Below are positions 28,684 to 38,764 of a stretch of 64,000 nt of DNA, piece after piece. Below the pieces are notes generated by a model. It made no database searches, was not told the DNA's origin, and saw only the letters and a list, made by a program, of their open reading frames with translations. The DNA comes from Candidatus Cloacimonadales bacterium (GTDB taxonomy: Bacteria; Cloacimonadota; Cloacimonadia; Cloacimonadales; JAIOQZ01). Positions within the stretch are counted from its first letter, which is position 1, and each line of letters starts with the position of its first letter. The DNA lies in assembly GCA_963665815.1 (NCBI GenBank), contig OY762463.1, forward strand, positions 288,001-352,000, written 5' to 3'. Made by a program: the position numbers and the translations under genes.

Positions 28684-28717
28684 AAAAAAAAAGACCTGTT
28701 GATATTCAACAGGTCTT
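28684..28717 (-). terminator. intrinsic terminator ending the rplM...frr-ferredoxin operon
   Basis: aagacctgttga-ta-ttcaacaggtctt with a T-run on the minus strand. Confidence 0.85.
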
Positions 28718-28735
28718 AAAGTCACATGTTATATG

Positions 28736-28912
28736 TTATAACTCTTTTTTTCCTCTAATCGCCTCGACAGGGCAAACTTCTTCACATTTACCACATGAAA
28801 CACAAGAATCAGTGATAATGTAAATTCCTTCACCTTCGACAATCGCTGAAACAGGACAAGCGTCAACGCATAAACCGCAGCTTACACATTCAGATGTAAT
28901 TACATAAGACAT
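28736..28912 (-). CDS. 2[4Fe-4S] ferredoxin, 58 aa (absent from ORF track)
   Basis: MSYVITSECVSCGLCVDACPVSAIVEGEGIYIITDSCVSCGKCEEVCPVEAIRGKKEL; AGGAG RBS. Confidence 0.92.
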   Translation of the reverse strand: MSYVITSECVSCGLCVDACPVSAIVEGEGIYIITDSCVSCGKCEEVCPVEAIRGKKEL

Positions 28913-28923
28913 TTAATCTCCTA

Positions 28924-29478
28924 TCAGATCTCTAAGACTTCTTTTTCTTTATTTTTTGCTGATTCAGAAATCTTTTCTATCCAGCTATCTGTTAAATCCT
29001 GAATATCAGAGAGCAGTTTCTTTTCATCATCTTCAGTTATTTCACTGCTTTTCTTCATTTTCTTTCCGGCATCATTACCATCTCTACGGATGTTTCTGAT
29101 ACCTATTTTTGCGTCTTCGGAAAGTTTTTTAACCTGTTTTACAATATCTTTTCTCTTTTCTTCAGTAAGCTGAGGGAAAGGAAGACGAATAACGTTTCCG
29201 TCATTCTCAGGTGTAATTCCGAGATTAGCAGCAAGTATTTCTTTTTCTATATCGGCTAAAGTAGTCTTATCCCAAGGTTGTATAACAATAAGACGTGATT
29301 CCGGTATAGAAATATTACATAACTGTTTTATAGGAGTGGAAGCACCATAATAGTTAATTTTAACATCATCCAGAACTGAAGCAGATGCTCTGCCTGTTCT
29401 GAGTTTACTGTATTGATTGAGTAAACTATTAAAAGCTTTTTCCATTTTCTCTTCAAGATTCATTAATAAAGTATCCAT
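28924..29478 (-). CDS. frr: ribosome recycling factor
   Basis: LRTGRAS, IQPWDK, LTEEKRK, IRNIRRD. Confidence 0.97.
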   Translation of the reverse strand: MDTLLMNLEEKMEKAFNSLLNQYSKLRTGRASASVLDDVKINYYGASTPIKQLCNISIPESRLIVIQPWDKTTLADIEKEILAANLGITPENDGNVIRLPFPQLTEEKRKDIVKQVKKLSEDAKIGIRNIRRDGNDAGKKMKKSSEITEDDEKKLLSDIQDLTDSWIEKISESAKNKEKEVLEI

Positions 29479-29493
29479 AATCTCTCCAATTGG

Positions 29494-30225
29494 TTAGCTT
29501 TGTGTAGGATAAACGTAAGTTCCAACATCTTTATTAAGGATAGCTTTTTCGAAGTTACCTTTTTTCAGGACATTGAATACTTTAACAGGCATGTTATTAT
29601 CTCTGGCAAGAGAAAATGCCGTCATATCCATCACGTTAAGTTTTTTACTAAGTACTTCGTCAAAATCGACTGCTTCTAGAAATTCAGCTTCGGGATCTTT
29701 TTCAGGATCTGAAGTGTAAACTCCATCTACTTTAGTACCTTTTATAACTATATCAGCATCTAATTCCACCGCACGTAGAACTGCAGCAGTATCGGTTGTA
29801 AAATAAGGATTACCGGTTCCGGCGCAAATAATGCATATTCTTCCTTCTTTAAGAGATGTTTTAGCTCTTAAAGGAGTATAAAATTTAGTGAATCTATCCA
29901 TCTGGACTGCAGAATAAACTTCAGAGTTAATATTATGCTGATGAAGATATTCGGAAAGTACAAGAGAATTCTGTACAGTAGCGAGCATTCCGATACTGTC
30001 TGCTATTACTCTTCTCATTCCTGCATTACTTCCATTGATACCTCTGAAGATATTTCCTCCTCCGAGAACTATGGCAATACTGACTCCAAGTCTTTTGACG
30101 GCGATTATATCATCAACGATAGATTTAATTGTTTCGTCATCATAGCCAAATCCTTTACTGCCACTGAGAACTTCTCCACTAAGTTTAAAGAGTACGCGAT
30201 GCACTTTTTCCGGTTTATAATACAT
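29494..30225 (-). CDS. pyrH: UMP kinase
   Basis: KLSGE, GGGNIFRG, GTGNPYFTTD, VDGVY. Confidence 0.97.
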   Translation of the reverse strand: MYYKPEKVHRVLFKLSGEVLSGSKGFGYDDETIKSIVDDIIAVKRLGVSIAIVLGGGNIFRGINGSNAGMRRVIADSIGMLATVQNSLVLSEYLHQHNINSEVYSAVQMDRFTKFYTPLRAKTSLKEGRICIICAGTGNPYFTTDTAAVLRAVELDADIVIKGTKVDGVYTSDPEKDPEAEFLEAVDFDEVLSKKLNVMDMTAFSLARDNNMPVKVFNVLKKGNFEKAILNKDVGTYVYPTQS

Positions 30226-30242
30226 AATTACAACCTCTGAGA

Positions 30243-30836
30243 TTATTCACCAAGAGAAAAACGTACAAATTTTGCAATCTGGATGTTTTCTCCAAGTTTT
30301 GCTACATATTCATGCACAAGGTTTTGTATTGTTTTGTCAGGGTCTTTTACAAATTCCTGATTTAAAAGACAATTTTCTTTCTTGAATTTTGCAACTTGAC
30401 CGGCAACAATCTTATCAACGATTTTTTCAGGTTTGCCATCGTTGAGGGCTTTATTTTTATAAATTTCAGCTTCTTTTTCAATTAAGCTACTGTCAATATC
30501 ATCTTCGCTGAGAGCAAGAGGATTTGTTGCTGCAATATGCATTGCGATGTCACGGCATAAACCTTTGAAGTCATCTGTATTTGCAACAAAGTCTGTTTCG
30601 CAGTTAATTTCTATAAGTACACCAAGTTTTCCGTTTGAGTGAATATATGACTGAACAAGACCTTCTTTTGTAGCTCTGTCAGATTTTTTTGCAGCCTTAC
30701 TGAGGCCTTTTTCTCTAAGGTATTTAACTGCAGCTTCGAGATCGCCGTTTGTATGTACGAGTGCTTTTTTGCAATCCATCATACCAACACCGGTTTTTTC
30801 TCTGAGATCTTTTACCATCTTTGCACTGATACTCAT
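30243..30836 (-). CDS. tsf: elongation factor Ts (short, 197 aa form)
   Basis: LREKTGVGMMDCKKAL, EINCETDFVA. Confidence 0.97.
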   Translation of the reverse strand: MSISAKMVKDLREKTGVGMMDCKKALVHTNGDLEAAVKYLREKGLSKAAKKSDRATKEGLVQSYIHSNGKLGVLIEINCETDFVANTDDFKGLCRDIAMHIAATNPLALSEDDIDSSLIEKEAEIYKNKALNDGKPEKIVDKIVAGQVAKFKKENCLLNQEFVKDPDKTIQNLVHEYVAKLGENIQIAKFVRFSLGE

Positions 30837-30861
30837 TTTGTTTCTCCCAAAATTTTATTTG

Positions 30862-30886
30862 AAAAAAAAGAGAGGCAATGCCTCTC
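30862..30886 (-). terminator. terminator-like hairpin between rpsB and tsf
   Basis: gagaggc-aat-gcctctc with T8 on the minus strand. Confidence 0.65.
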
Positions 30887-30894
30887 AATATTTA

Positions 30895-31698
30895 TTATTC
30901 AGAAGCTGAGGCTTCTTTCTGGTTTTCTGTTTTCTTTTCCTGTGTTCCCTCATCAGCTACTTCAACATTTTCAGTTTGTTCCGCATCCTGTTGTGCATCA
31001 TCAGCACCTTCGGCAGCTGTTTGTCTACCATCTATTACAGCATTTGCCATAATATCAGAAATAAGATTGATTGCTCTGATAGCATCATCATTTGCAGGGA
31101 TCACATAATCTATAATATCAGGATCACTATTTGTGTCGACCAATCCTACGATAGGTATATTAAGCTTTCTGGCTTCGTTTACAGCAATTTGCTCGTTCAT
31201 TGTATCTACAATAAATACTGCACCCGGAGTTTTATCCATACCACGGATCCCACCGAGAGCTTTTTCGATTTTATCATGCTTTCTCTGCATTCTAGTAGCT
31301 TCAAGCTTAGTAAAGCTGCTGATTCTGCCATCTTCCTGAATTTCTTCGATATATTCCATTCTTTCAATACTTCTGCGTATGGTTCTCATATTAGTAAGCA
31401 TTCCACCATACCATCTATTGCTTACAAAGAAAGCTCCACATTTTTTGGCAGCAGCCTGAACAGCATCTTGTGCTTGTTTTTTGGTTCCGACGAATAATAT
31501 ATGTTCACCTTGAGCTGCTATTTCTTTTAAAAACATGTAAGCTTCATTAACTGCATCTACAGTCTGTTTAAGATCCAGTATATGAATACCGTTTCTTTTT
31601 AAGAAGATATACTTCTTCATTTTTGGATTCCATTTATGAGTCTGGTGACCAAAATGAACTCCGGCTTCTAAAAGTTGTTTCATTGATACAACTGACAT
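30895..31698 (-). CDS. rpsB: 30S ribosomal protein S2
   Basis: LLEAGVHFGHQ, WNPKM, GTKKQA, PANDDA. Confidence 0.98.
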   Translation of the reverse strand: MSVVSMKQLLEAGVHFGHQTHKWNPKMKKYIFLKRNGIHILDLKQTVDAVNEAYMFLKEIAAQGEHILFVGTKKQAQDAVQAAAKKCGAFFVSNRWYGGMLTNMRTIRRSIERMEYIEEIQEDGRISSFTKLEATRMQRKHDKIEKALGGIRGMDKTPGAVFIVDTMNEQIAVNEARKLNIPIVGLVDTNSDPDIIDYVIPANDDAIRAINLISDIMANAVIDGRQTAAEGADDAQQDAEQTENVEVADEGTQEKKTENQKEASASE

Positions 31699-31722
31699 TT
31701 TGTCTCCTTTACGGTTGTTTCA

Positions 31723-31801
31723 TTATCGAGCATTCATCTATCAATCCCGCATGGGACACCGCTACATGAATTCTGGTAATCATCTGTAACCATCTCGATA
31801 A
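31723..31801 (-). promoter_or_regulatory. structured rpsB leader (putative S2 autoregulatory element)
   Basis: Minus-strand stems TTATCGAG/CTCGATAA, ATTCAT/ATGAAT and TCCC/GGGA just upstream of the rpsB RBS. Confidence 0.5.
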
Positions 31802-31814
31802 GTAGTGTTGGAAA

Positions 31815-32201
31815 TTAACGTTTAGAGAATTGGAATCTCTTACGTGCTTTAGGCTGACCACTTTTCTTACGTTCAACCATTCTTGGATCTCTTGTGAGTA
31901 ATCCAACTTTCTTCAACACAGGTCTCATTTCTTCATCATATTTTACTAACGCTCTTGCTATACCATGTCTGATAGCTCCAGCCTGTCCGGAAAGTCCGCC
32001 ACCAACTACGTTAACTTTAAGGTCAAATTTTTCTGACATATTAACGAGTTTGAAAGGGTGTTCAACAATCATTTCAAGGATTTCTCTACTGAGATATTCT
32101 TTCATGTTTTTCTTGTTGATGATGCGTTTTCCTGTTCCAGGTGTAAGTCTTACTCTGGCTACAGCATTTTTTCTTCTTCCAACTGCATCAAAATATTGCA
32201 T
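31815..32201 (-). CDS. rpsI: 30S ribosomal protein S9
   Basis: [29 protein letters not shown]. Confidence 0.98.
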   Translation of the reverse strand: MQYFDAVGRRKNAVARVRLTPGTGKRIINKKNMKEYLSREILEMIVEHPFKLVNMSEKFDLKVNVVGGGLSGQAGAIRHGIARALVKYDEEMRPVLKKVGLLTRDPRMVERKKSGQPKARKRFQFSKR

Positions 32202-32214
32202 TAATTTCCTCCGT

Positions 32215-32640
32215 TTAACTCAATGTTTTAGGAGCTTGAGCAATGTGTGGATGCTCTTCGCCGCAATAAACTTTAAGTTTCTTTAACATCTGTCTGCCTA
32301 AAGCATTCTTTGGCAGCATGCCTTTTACAGCATTCTCAATAATTCTTTCCGGATGTTCAGACATCATTCTTTTGTAAGAAATCTGCTTTAATCCGCCAGG
32401 ATATCCACTATATCGGTCGTATGTCTTCTGAAGCTCTTTATTTCTTGTAAGCTTCACATGCTCAGCGTTGATAACTACTACATAGTCACCAAGGTCAAGG
32501 TTTGGGCTGAATTGCGGATTGTGCTTTCCTCTGAGGATAGCAGCAATCTTAGTAGAGATTCTACCCAGTACTTGATCTTTTGCATCAATAACATACCAGT
32601 CGTGTGTAATATCCTTACCGCGTTTAGTAAGTGTTTTCAT
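32215..32640 (-). CDS. rplM: 50S ribosomal protein L13
   Basis: [30 protein letters not shown]. Confidence 0.98.
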   Translation of the reverse strand: MKTLTKRGKDITHDWYVIDAKDQVLGRISTKIAAILRGKHNPQFSPNLDLGDYVVVINAEHVKLTRNKELQKTYDRYSGYPGGLKQISYKRMMSEHPERIIENAVKGMLPKNALGRQMLKKLKVYCGEEHPHIAQAPKTLS

Positions 32641-32817
32641 TACAACTCCTTTTGTATTTTTGCGAATAAATCAGGTCAAAATATTGACATAGCTGATTTT
32701 GTGTCAAGTAAATTGACGTTTATGGACTTTAATTATCTGCAATTCATTTAAATATAAAAAAATAGAACATATTGTTCAAGCAAGTCAGAATATGGATTTG
32801 ACATGCTAAATCATTTG

Positions 32818-33348
32818 TCAGCTGTTCTTTATAAACTTCATTTTGAATTGATATTTTGTTTTCTCTTTGACAGGTATTCTCCAGTTTGTCATAATAATGT
32901 CTTCAATCTTGCTTAAGAACCTGTCTGAAAAGTAACTTCCCTGACCAGAAACGATATCTACTCCATCAACTCTGTCATTTTCATTTATATATAGAGTAAT
33001 CTCCAAAACCCCGTACATTTCTTCCAGTGATTTCTGAAACTCTCGCTTAATCTGTGACTGATATGTATTAACATAATTGCTGATGTTTACGGATTCTATT
33101 TCGCTTTGTTCCGGTTTCTCAATGTTCACTTGTTCCTCAGGCATCTTTTTGAACTTGTATGCCTGTGGATTTGCAACTTTGGAAGAACCTTTCTCACGAA
33201 TCACTTCTCTTCTGGATTTCACTGTTTTAGAGTTTGAAGCTACACTTTCGGTTCTGGCTTCCTTGTCTTTTCCACCAGAACATGATATTATAGTAAGCAG
33301 TGTACAAAGTGCAAGAGCTGATATGGTTATTACTTTTATCTTATTCAT
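32818..33348 (-). CDS. lipoprotein, possible TonB-C-like domain
   Basis: Lipobox IISC; C-terminal G.L.I.L.I...V..V.I...W pattern. Confidence 0.5.
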   Translation of the reverse strand: MNKIKVITISALALCTLLTIISCSGGKDKEARTESVASNSKTVKSRREVIREKGSSKVANPQAYKFKKMPEEQVNIEKPEQSEIESVNISNYVNTYQSQIKREFQKSLEEMYGVLEITLYINENDRVDGVDIVSGQGSYFSDRFLSKIEDIIMTNWRIPVKEKTKYQFKMKFIKNS

Positions 33349-33636
33349 TCATAATCTCCTTTTGTAGTAAAAAAACAGTACCTTCAAAATGAGTCAAACA
33401 AATTATTGTAAAAACATTGTAAATATAGGGGAATAATTATAGTAAGCTTAAACATGTCAATTAACATTTGCTTCGGATTCATCTCTGAATGATGTCTGCA
33501 GCTTCTTGTAGTAATCTAAGAGAAGTGGATATAGAGTATCAAACGGAGTACAATGGAAAGTGTTTAATTGCGCACAAAAATCAATTAAATAGCCTATTTA
33601 TTATATAAGTCCATTTTTTTTTTGAATTATATAAAC

Positions 33637-34746
33637 CTAATCACACCTACAAACAGACCTGTAAGTTTCCAGCAATTTCTGCATTCTTACTTGGTTGCTC
33701 ATATTCTCAACAATGAAATTTCGGATGTTCTTGCGATATTTTGCTGCAGCTTCAGGATTTTCCCTGATATCACACATAGCTTTATAAATAGCTTCTTCAT
33801 CCTTACATCCGACTAATAAACCAGTTTTGTGGTTCATTACAAGTTCTCTGTTACCTGCTACATCAGTACTTATGACAGGCAATCCAGATGCTCCTGCTTC
33901 TCTGATTGTTCCGGTAAGACCTTCCTGTGCGATTCCTGAGAAAACAAAGCCATCTAAACCAGCCATGCAATTCGACATATCTTTTCTGAATCCGAGAGGG
34001 ATGACTGTGCTATCGGGCAGAGACTGTACCATTTCCATAATCTTGGCAGTTTCATTAACTCCTATAAGAATCAGTTTGTCATCAGGATATTTCTTATGGT
34101 ATTCTTTAAATGCACCCAGCAGATATTTAAGACCTTTTCTCTTACCACCATTGCCTGCAAATCCCCAAACAAAAGAATCAACAATTTTCAGTTCCTGCCT
34201 GAGCGTGCTTTCCTTGTCAGGTGTGAAATCATCAGTATCAACACTACCGAAAACAACTTCAATTTTATCTGGATTGATTTTACCTGATTGTACCATTACA
34301 TCTTTTACAGATTGTGATACAGCAACAACTTTTGCTATTTTTGAAGTATGGTACTTGAGTGATTGAAATATATCAAGCTTATCTGTCACACCGCGATTTA
34401 CAATGAATTTGATCCCAAGCCCAAGTGAAGCCAGGAATACGAGGTCAGCTGTAGCGCTTTTATGAGCATGAATAATATCAAATTTCTCTTCTTTTAGGTA
34501 CTTTCTGAGTTTCAGGATAGATTTAATATCAATATTGTTAAACTTAAGCCTGGGCAGTTTCATGCGTCTAAAGTCTATATTGTTATTGTAGAACTCAGAA
34601 AAATGAGAATCATCTATTTGGGGATCATAGCCCATGACAGCTTTAATTGTGTGGTTAGTTTCGTTAAGTGATTTGGACAAACGAAAAAGCTGGATAGCTC
34701 CACCGCTTTTAAGTCTGGTCTGATAGGATATTTGCAGTATCTTCAT
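33637..34746 (-). CDS. GT4 family glycosyltransferase
   Basis: GGA, DIIHAH, AVS, RKG, EGL...EA...GLPVISTDVAG..E. Confidence 0.9.
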   Translation of the reverse strand: MKILQISYQTRLKSGGAIQLFRLSKSLNETNHTIKAVMGYDPQIDDSHFSEFYNNNIDFRRMKLPRLKFNNIDIKSILKLRKYLKEEKFDIIHAHKSATADLVFLASLGLGIKFIVNRGVTDKLDIFQSLKYHTSKIAKVVAVSQSVKDVMVQSGKINPDKIEVVFGSVDTDDFTPDKESTLRQELKIVDSFVWGFAGNGGKRKGLKYLLGAFKEYHKKYPDDKLILIGVNETAKIMEMVQSLPDSTVIPLGFRKDMSNCMAGLDGFVFSGIAQEGLTGTIREAGASGLPVISTDVAGNRELVMNHKTGLLVGCKDEEAIYKAMCDIRENPEAAAKYRKNIRNFIVENMSNQVRMQKLLETYRSVCRCD

Positions 34747-34957
34747 ATAGTTTTATATCTCCGATATGTTAAAGGATTGATATTTGACAATCTGTCAAGC
34801 CATATTCATTATCTCCTGATAAAATACTGATGAGTATACTGGATCCTTAACAATTCCTGAACAATACATTGACAGACTTAAAGATTATTTCTTCATTATA
34901 ATTAATCGAAACAATTATGAAGAAGAACGTTTTAGTTTTAAATAAACTGGAGAATGA

Positions 34958-35689
34958 ATGAAATATATATTAATTTTTATGCTGCTTCTATCAACTTCGA
35001 TAAGTATCAGCGCAATAGATGAAAGGTTATCGGCAGATGTTTATCCGGTAGATGATAACAGGATTTCAGACTACATATCATGGATAGTTCCTATATCATT
35101 TATCACTTATGGGGTAATAGGTATTGAAAGTGATGATCTCAAACTTTTCAATAGTGAAATTAAAGAAGAGGTTAACGAACATATTGATGAAAAGTTCACA
35201 ATTGATGATGTTTCCCAGTATGTTCCATTTTCTGCAGTTTATGTATTGAACAGCCTGGGAATAGATGGGAAGCACAGCTTAAGAGACAGAACTTTGATTC
35301 TCGGTACAGCTTATGGCATAATGGGGACTTCTGTTTTAACACTTAAGCATTCAATTACATTGAAGCGTCCTGATGGTTCTACAAATAATTCTTTTCCATC
35401 CGGACATACGGCTACTGCATTCATGGGGGCAGAGTTTTTGTATCAGGAATTTAAGCACGAGTCTATCTGGTTTGGAATTGCAGGATATACTATAGCTGCG
35501 GGAACTGGGGCTTTCAGAATGTATAATGACAGACACTGGTTTACTGATGTAGTTGCCGGAGCAGGATTTGGAATCCTGAGTACAAAGCTTTCCTATCTGC
35601 TGTACGAGAAAAAGCTCAGACATATTACATCTTTCAGTATAAGTCCTTATGCTAATGATAATAAATACGGACTGTCAGTTACGTTTTAG
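34958..35689 (+). CDS. PAP2 family phosphatase
   Basis: K....RP, SFPSGH, R....HWFTDV. Confidence 0.9.
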   Translation: MKYILIFMLLLSTSISISAIDERLSADVYPVDDNRISDYISWIVPISFITYGVIGIESDDLKLFNSEIKEEVNEHIDEKFTIDDVSQYVPFSAVYVLNSLGIDGKHSLRDRTLILGTAYGIMGTSVLTLKHSITLKRPDGSTNNSFPSGHTATAFMGAEFLYQEFKHESIWFGIAGYTIAAGTGAFRMYNDRHWFTDVVAGAGFGILSTKLSYLLYEKKLRHITSFSISPYANDNKYGLSVTF

Positions 35690-35970
35690 CCTTTTTTCGA
35701 TGAGTTGGCTATATGAAACATATAATTGGAAGGAGCTCCTGCTGACTATGAAAGACTGGGCTTCAGTGCTGAGATTCGAAATAATGTACATCGCATAGTG
35801 TTTTGCCTTATTGAACGAATTTAAATCACTTACAAAAGTGATTTGTCGAACGTATAATCTTGCATCTTCCAGTCTCCATAAAATCTAATACCTTGTAAGT
35901 CATATCAAACAATGGGAACAATATTATAAAGGAATCCCCATAAAAATCCAACAAATCTTATACTTTTTTA

Positions 35971-35998
35971 TTGACATCCTGAAACAAAGAGCTAACTT
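35971..35998 (+). promoter_or_regulatory. candidate sigma70-type promoter of flagellin
   Basis: TTGACA-N16-TAACTT. Confidence 0.35.
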
Positions 35999-36110
35999 AT
36001 TGTCAGGTTAGATAAGCACAATCTCCACAGAACAGGTTACCAAGGTCCCAATACCCTCTGACAATTATTATATTGATAAATCATGCAGCAGCTATATATT
36101 GGAGATATAT

Positions 36111-36998
36111 ATGGCTTTAAGTATTGATACTTCGTACTTGTCAAACATGATTTCAGGCAATCTGAACAATATTATTGATAATCTGACAACTTCCCTGGAA
36201 AGATTATCATCCGGGCTGCGTATAAACTCTTCTTCGGACGATCCGGCCGGACTTGCCAAAAGTGAATTAATGCGTGCTTCTATTGCAACCTACGATCAGG
36301 CCAAAGCAAATGCAAACGATGCTGTTTCTCTTATTCAGACTGCAGAAGGATCGCTGGATATCATTGATGAGAAACTCACCCGTATGAAAGAACTTGCTGA
36401 GCAATCATCTACCGGAACATATACAACATCTCAACGCTCAATTATGCAGTCAGAGTTTACACTTATGGGAGCAGAAATTGACAGGATTGCAGGTTCTACA
36501 ACGTATAATGGCATAAAACTCCTCGATGGCTCTCAGGATTCTTCTTCTACCTGGACATCAAGTGGGGGATGGACTGAACCTGATGGTGGTATTCGCATTC
36601 AGGTTGATGATGGTTCTTCAAGAGCTGAGGACTACTACTATATAACAATTCCTGATACAACTTCCAGTAGTCTGTTCAATAATCAGACAGTTGCAATCTC
36701 AACTCAGACAGCAGCTACTAATGCTCTGGATGTTATCAACACAGCAATAATCAATAAAGAGAATGCCAGAAGCTGGCTGGGAGCTCTGGAAAACAGACTT
36801 GAGGGCACAATAAACAATCTTGAAGCCAAAACTCTTGCACTTGAAAGTGCTGAATCAAACATAATGGATATGGATATTGCCACAGAAATGACCGAGTATG
36901 TCAAGAATACAGTTTTACTGCAGGCGGCAACTGCTATTCTCGCTCAGGCGAATGTATTTCCTTCTCTCGCTTTGGATCTTATAGAAGGACTTAATTAG
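36111..36998 (+). CDS. fliC: flagellin (short, ~295 aa)
   Basis: ERLSSGLRINSSSDDPAG, QTAEG, RMKELA, NGIKLLDG, LGALENRL, ESNI.D.D.A.EM, LAQAN; GGAG RBS before ATG 36111. Confidence 0.9.
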   Translation: MALSIDTSYLSNMISGNLNNIIDNLTTSLERLSSGLRINSSSDDPAGLAKSELMRASIATYDQAKANANDAVSLIQTAEGSLDIIDEKLTRMKELAEQSSTGTYTTSQRSIMQSEFTLMGAEIDRIAGSTTYNGIKLLDGSQDSSSTWTSSGGWTEPDGGIRIQVDDGSSRAEDYYYITIPDTTSSSLFNNQTVAISTQTAATNALDVINTAIINKENARSWLGALENRLEGTINNLEAKTLALESAESNIMDMDIATEMTEYVKNTVLLQAATAILAQANVFPSLALDLIEGLN

Positions 36999-37563
36999 TT
37001 TTTCTATGGATAATGAAGTATGCAAGTGTATAGGTGTCGTTAAATAACCAGATTAATCTCTCTTTCATCATGTTACGGATTTCAGTCTTAAGTGAATCTA
37101 CTCTAACAGAATCTGGTTCAGCTAAAGTTATCTCTGCTTTAAGCATATTCTGAAGCTTTTCTGTTTTATCGATCTTCTCCTGATCAAACTTCTCTCGTTT
37201 CATGTACATGTGTTGATCAACAAGTTTATCAATGTTTCTGGAGGCATATTCAACAGCAGCCTGAAGAGAATCCGGGAAAGCAATAATCAGCTTAACCGAA
37301 TCTTCCGTTTCACTTCTGTAGTATGTTTTAATTTCTTTGAAGTAGAGAAGAGTGTTAAACTGAGCGATAGCAGTTTCAAGTGAATCCACTTCGAACTCTC
37401 TTTTCAGCTTAAGAAAAATCTTATTCGTCTCAAAAACCTCATCAGGATTTAAATTCGCATAGATATTCTTTTTCTCTACTATTTGTTTGTTACACCCTGT
37501 TAATTGATATAATACCGTAAATGATACAATGAACACCAAAAGTGTTATAAAATTTTTTTTCAT
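36991..37563 (-). CDS. hypothetical lipoprotein
   Basis: Lipobox LTGC; helical. Confidence 0.6.
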   Translation of the reverse strand: MKKNFITLLVFIVSFTVLYQLTGCNKQIVEKKNIYANLNPDEVFETNKIFLKLKREFEVDSLETAIAQFNTLLYFKEIKTYYRSETEDSVKLIIAFPDSLQAAVEYASRNIDKLVDQHMYMKREKFDQEKIDKTEKLQNMLKAEITLAEPDSVRVDSLKTEIRNMMKERLIWLFNDTYTLAYFIIHRKTN

Positions 37564-37581
37564 TAAGTAAGTTCCATTCTG

Positions 37582-38415
37582 CTATTTATTTCTAATGATA
37601 TGATATAACCTTTGTCCCATACTAGAAACATTTTTATTAGAATCGCTTTTCCAATCTTGAATTGTTCTTTGAGTAAGCATAATGAATTCCTGAGTTTTGT
37701 CTCTTTTACTCTTCTGGATTACAATATTTGCTAGTTTTTTCATTGAAACCCAGAGTGTTTTTAGTCTTCTTTCATTGGCGTTTGTCAACCATTCATGAAT
37801 AAACGGATAACAGTCTGCAGGACGGCTTCTTGCGACCTGAGTAAGAATATGAGTGATTTTCTTCTGTACTTCCATGCTTTCGTCATCAATAGCTTTGTTA
37901 ATGAAATCCATAATGTAAAGAGGATCTCGGTGAGCTATATTTTCCATACCGTGAAATGATAATGCTCTTTGTTTTTCACTTTCGGATTCAAGCCAGACAA
38001 GCATTCTTTCTTTCATTACTTTAGGGAATCTTTTCCACATGTCGTTGATAATGCTTTCTACTTCCCATGGAACGCTCTCAAAGGTTTTGCCTACAATATC
38101 AAGAATTTTTACAGGATCATTTGAATACAGATTGTAATAATAGAACAACCCTGTAGCTCTGATTCCGTAGAATTTATGTTTAAGCATGTCATCGCATATT
38201 TCGCTCATTAATTCAATATTTTTATATTTCACCATGGCTTTTCCCATATACTCTCTAATGAAGTAGTTAGGGGATTTAGCATAGCCATTCAGTAACTTTA
38301 CAGCTTTTGCTTTTGATTGTTTAGTCCCTTTATCCAGTAAATCGAAAATTTCCTCTAAATTGGCGTCAATTTCCTTTAAAGTAGATGTTTCCAGTCTGCC
38401 AATATCTTTCAGCAT
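37582..38415 (-). CDS. HEAT-repeat protein (AlkD/DNA alkylation repair-like)
   Basis: Helical repeats, e.g. WLESESEKQRA and DDESMEVQKKITHILTQVAR..P. Confidence 0.55.
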   Translation of the reverse strand: MLKDIGRLETSTLKEIDANLEEIFDLLDKGTKQSKAKAVKLLNGYAKSPNYFIREYMGKAMVKYKNIELMSEICDDMLKHKFYGIRATGLFYYYNLYSNDPVKILDIVGKTFESVPWEVESIINDMWKRFPKVMKERMLVWLESESEKQRALSFHGMENIAHRDPLYIMDFINKAIDDESMEVQKKITHILTQVARSRPADCYPFIHEWLTNANERRLKTLWVSMKKLANIVIQKSKRDKTQEFIMLTQRTIQDWKSDSNKNVSSMGQRLYHIIRNK

Positions 38416-38707
38416 TGTTTCCTCTCTTTTGTTATACTAAGCGTACAATTAATAAGTGACAATAATGTGTTTATTACACAGGTTGTTATTAATAGATACG
38501 TGATTTCTTATTCTTAATGCAAAATCTATTCCAAATAGTGTCGGTTTTGCATGAGATTTTTTTTAATAATCGTAATCAGAGATAAATTAAGATAATTGTT
38601 TTAAATGTCAATAACAATTTTGCATAAATTATTGAAAAATATCGACATTGAAATGTTGAATGTAATGTTTGCCAGTTCGTTGCGAAAGATTTTCAAGCAT
38701 TTTAAGT

Positions 38708-38739
38708 AAAAAAAGAGATCACTCAAATGAATGATCTCT
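38708..38739 (-). terminator. intrinsic terminator after the 5'-nucleotidase
   Basis: agagatca...tgatctct with a T-run on the minus strand. Confidence 0.7.
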
Positions 38740-38764
38740 CAGGTATATATTACATAATATTATG

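Noticed and set aside
35700-36110. c-di-GMP riboswitch or sigma28 promoter before flagellin
   Set aside because: I saw no GGCAAA/GACGCAAAG core and no TAAA-N15-GCCGATAA.
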